The position numbers and the translations under genes are program-made. Source: Pseudobdellovibrionaceae bacterium (GTDB lineage: Bacteria > Bdellovibrionota > Bdellovibrionia > Bdellovibrionales > Bdellovibrionaceae). Taken from it: a stretch of 28,487 nt of DNA. Every line of letters starts with the position of its first letter. The stretch's first letter is position 1. The stretch is taken from assembly GCA_039810425.1 (NCBI GenBank), contig JBDHWW010000038.1, forward strand, positions 1 through 28,487, in the 5' to 3' direction. The notes below the pieces were generated by a model. That model was given only the letters and a program-made list of their open reading frames with translations. It was not told the DNA's origin and searched no databases. Below, piece by piece: positions 26,962 to 28,487 of this stretch.

Positions 26962-28290
26962 ATGGCCGAAAGCCGCAAAACGATGCGGCTGGCGGTTCCC
27001 ATTATTATTGGCAATGTCGGCCAAACTCTCATCACCCTCACCGACAATATCATGGTGGGAAGATTGGGCGCGGACGCACTCGGTGCCGCGGGTTTCACCG
27101 GCGGACTTTTCTTTGTCTTTTTGATTTTCGGTATTGGCATTTTGGCGCCAACGGCAGCTCTGTTCGCCCAAAGTCATAGCCGCAATGACAGCGAAGACGG
27201 CGGCGAATGGCTCCGCCATAGCGTTGCCACCGCCGCACTGATTTCGTCCGTGTTAATGATGGCCCTTTGGTTCATGAAACCCCTGATGGAGCACATGGGC
27301 CAGACCGCTGAAGTCGTGCGCCTGTCGGAGGGCTTTGCGTCTTACCTGATTTTTTCGATGTTTCCAAGTCTCGTATATCAGGCGTACAAACAGTTTACCG
27401 ATGGCATTGGCAAAGCCACTGTCGGCATGTACGTCATGATCATATGCGTGGCGCTGAATCTCCTCGGCAACTCTATTTTCATTAACGGCCACTTTGGCAT
27501 TCCGGCGATGGGGCTGAACGGCTCCGGCCTTGCGACCCTGCTCTGCCGGACACTGATGGCGGTTATGATGGTGGTCTATGTTCACCGTCATCCGGAGTTT
27601 AAAAAATACTTCGCCCAGCGCTGGCGCCGCTCTTTGCACAATACGCGCGTGAAAGAACTTTTCCGTCTGGGGATTCCGAATGGGCTTACTTACATTTTTG
27701 AAGTCGGCGCATTCACATTCTCCTCTGTCATGATGGGCTGGCTGGGAGCGGCCCCTCTGGCGGCCCACCAGATTTCGCTGAACTTGGCTTCGATCAGCTT
27801 TCTTGTGACGGTCGGCATTGGTGCTGCAGGTACGATCCGTGTGGGCTTTGAATCAGGCTCTAAAAACTTCGCAGCCGCCCGCTATGCGGGACACGTGGCT
27901 TTGTTTTTGGGCGCGGGCTACATGCTTGCCAGTGCGTTGTTTGTGTTCTTTACCCGCGGTTTATTAGCGGCAATTTACACGAATGAAATTGATGTGGTCT
28001 CTTACGCCTCGAGTTTCCTCGCGGTGGCGGCGGCTTTTCAATTCTTCGATGGTATTCAAGCCGTAGCTGTGGGAATTTTGCGTGGCCTGCAAGATACGAA
28101 ATGGCCTTCCGTCTTGGCGTTTATCGCCTATTGGATCATCGGTCTTCCGGCGGGTTACTACTTGGCGTTCGTGGCTGATTTAAAAGGCCCCGGAATCTGG
28201 TGGGGTCTTTTCTTTGGACTGGTTTTCACTGCGATCTTCCTAACATTACGTTTTGAAAAACTGAGCAAAAAGAAAATGCGCAACTATTGA
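26962..28290 (+). CDS. MATE family efflux transporter (NorM-like)
   Basis: LAVPII...D.IMVGRLG, LGIPNG....EV.AF, DGIQ....GILRG..DT, GIWWGL; about 12 TMs. Confidence 0.93.
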   Translation: MAESRKTMRLAVPIIIGNVGQTLITLTDNIMVGRLGADALGAAGFTGGLFFVFLIFGIGILAPTAALFAQSHSRNDSEDGGEWLRHSVATAALISSVLMMALWFMKPLMEHMGQTAEVVRLSEGFASYLIFSMFPSLVYQAYKQFTDGIGKATVGMYVMIICVALNLLGNSIFINGHFGIPAMGLNGSGLATLLCRTLMAVMMVVYVHRHPEFKKYFAQRWRRSLHNTRVKELFRLGIPNGLTYIFEVGAFTFSSVMMGWLGAAPLAAHQISLNLASISFLVTVGIGAAGTIRVGFESGSKNFAAARYAGHVALFLGAGYMLASALFVFFTRGLLAAIYTNEIDVVSYASSFLAVAAAFQFFDGIQAVAVGILRGLQDTKWPSVLAFIAYWIIGLPAGYYLAFVADLKGPGIWWGLFFGLVFTAIFLTLRFEKLSKKKMRNY

Positions 28291-28347
28291 TCCCGACGAC
28301 TCTCCGTTTTTTAGAAAATGATCCGCACCGGGGCCTCGCAGCCACTA

Positions 28348-28487
28348 TTATCCCGAGCGTTGAGTTTTCTTCTTTCTCACCAGAAGCCCACGCCCCTCTA
28401 AATCATTGAGCTCATGATAGGCGACCAGTTCAGTGAAACCTCATAAAGTTGAATCCCATACCTCTTGGCATGGGACTTTATCAATAA
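28348..28487 (-). pseudogene. Partial, internally deleted HUH Y1 (IS200/RAYT-like) transposase remnant running off the window edge
   Basis: Frame A 28487-28422 LLIKSHAKRYGIQLYEVSLNWS stops just before the expected HxH; frame B 28422-28348 AYHELNDLEGRGLLVRKKKTQRSG* resembles the catalytic-Tyr tail; family match is from memory only. Confidence 0.45.

Noticed and set aside
1..28487. CRISPR array, tRNA or rRNA genes
   Set aside because: No regularly spaced direct repeats, cloverleaf motifs or rRNA-like stretches in any intergenic region.

Overview
Mostly housekeeping chromosomal window from a Bdellovibrio-like predator (Bdellovibrionaceae). The taxon is inferred from a TIGR02147-type HTH protein, an RxPAS motif in a secreted protein, and the gltX-carD-S8 protease-recG-HD-GYP gene order. 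Core genes are murJ, uvrC, uvrB, a MacB/LolD-type ABC pair, cysS, gltX, carD/cdnL, recG, lysS, fbaB, a NifU/NfuA-type protein and a MATE pump. Secreted or envelope proteins include an astacin M12A peptidase, a KP-43-type subtilase, a PTP-fold phosphatase and a rhodanese lipoprotein. No rRNA, tRNA or CRISPR array was seen. The notable signals are mostly non-coding or accessory: (1) a 302-bp non-autonomous Tn5/IS50-like element (21104-21405) with perfect 19-bp ends, an 8-bp target duplication and a YREK remnant, beside an orphan terminase small-subunit-like gene; (2) an HD-GYP with an RxxN motif, predicted to degrade 3',3'-cGAMP; (3) a perfect 26-bp inverted repeat of REP-like arms enclosing TTGACA and TATAAT between recG and the subtilase; (4) a structured gltX-cysS leader with a terminator-like hairpin and an 11-bp arm complementary to the start-codon region; (5) an internally deleted HUH (Y1/RAYT-like) transposase remnant at the right edge; (6) several probable leaderless genes. 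Nothing here demonstrates a new multi-gene system; the best candidates are listed with tests.
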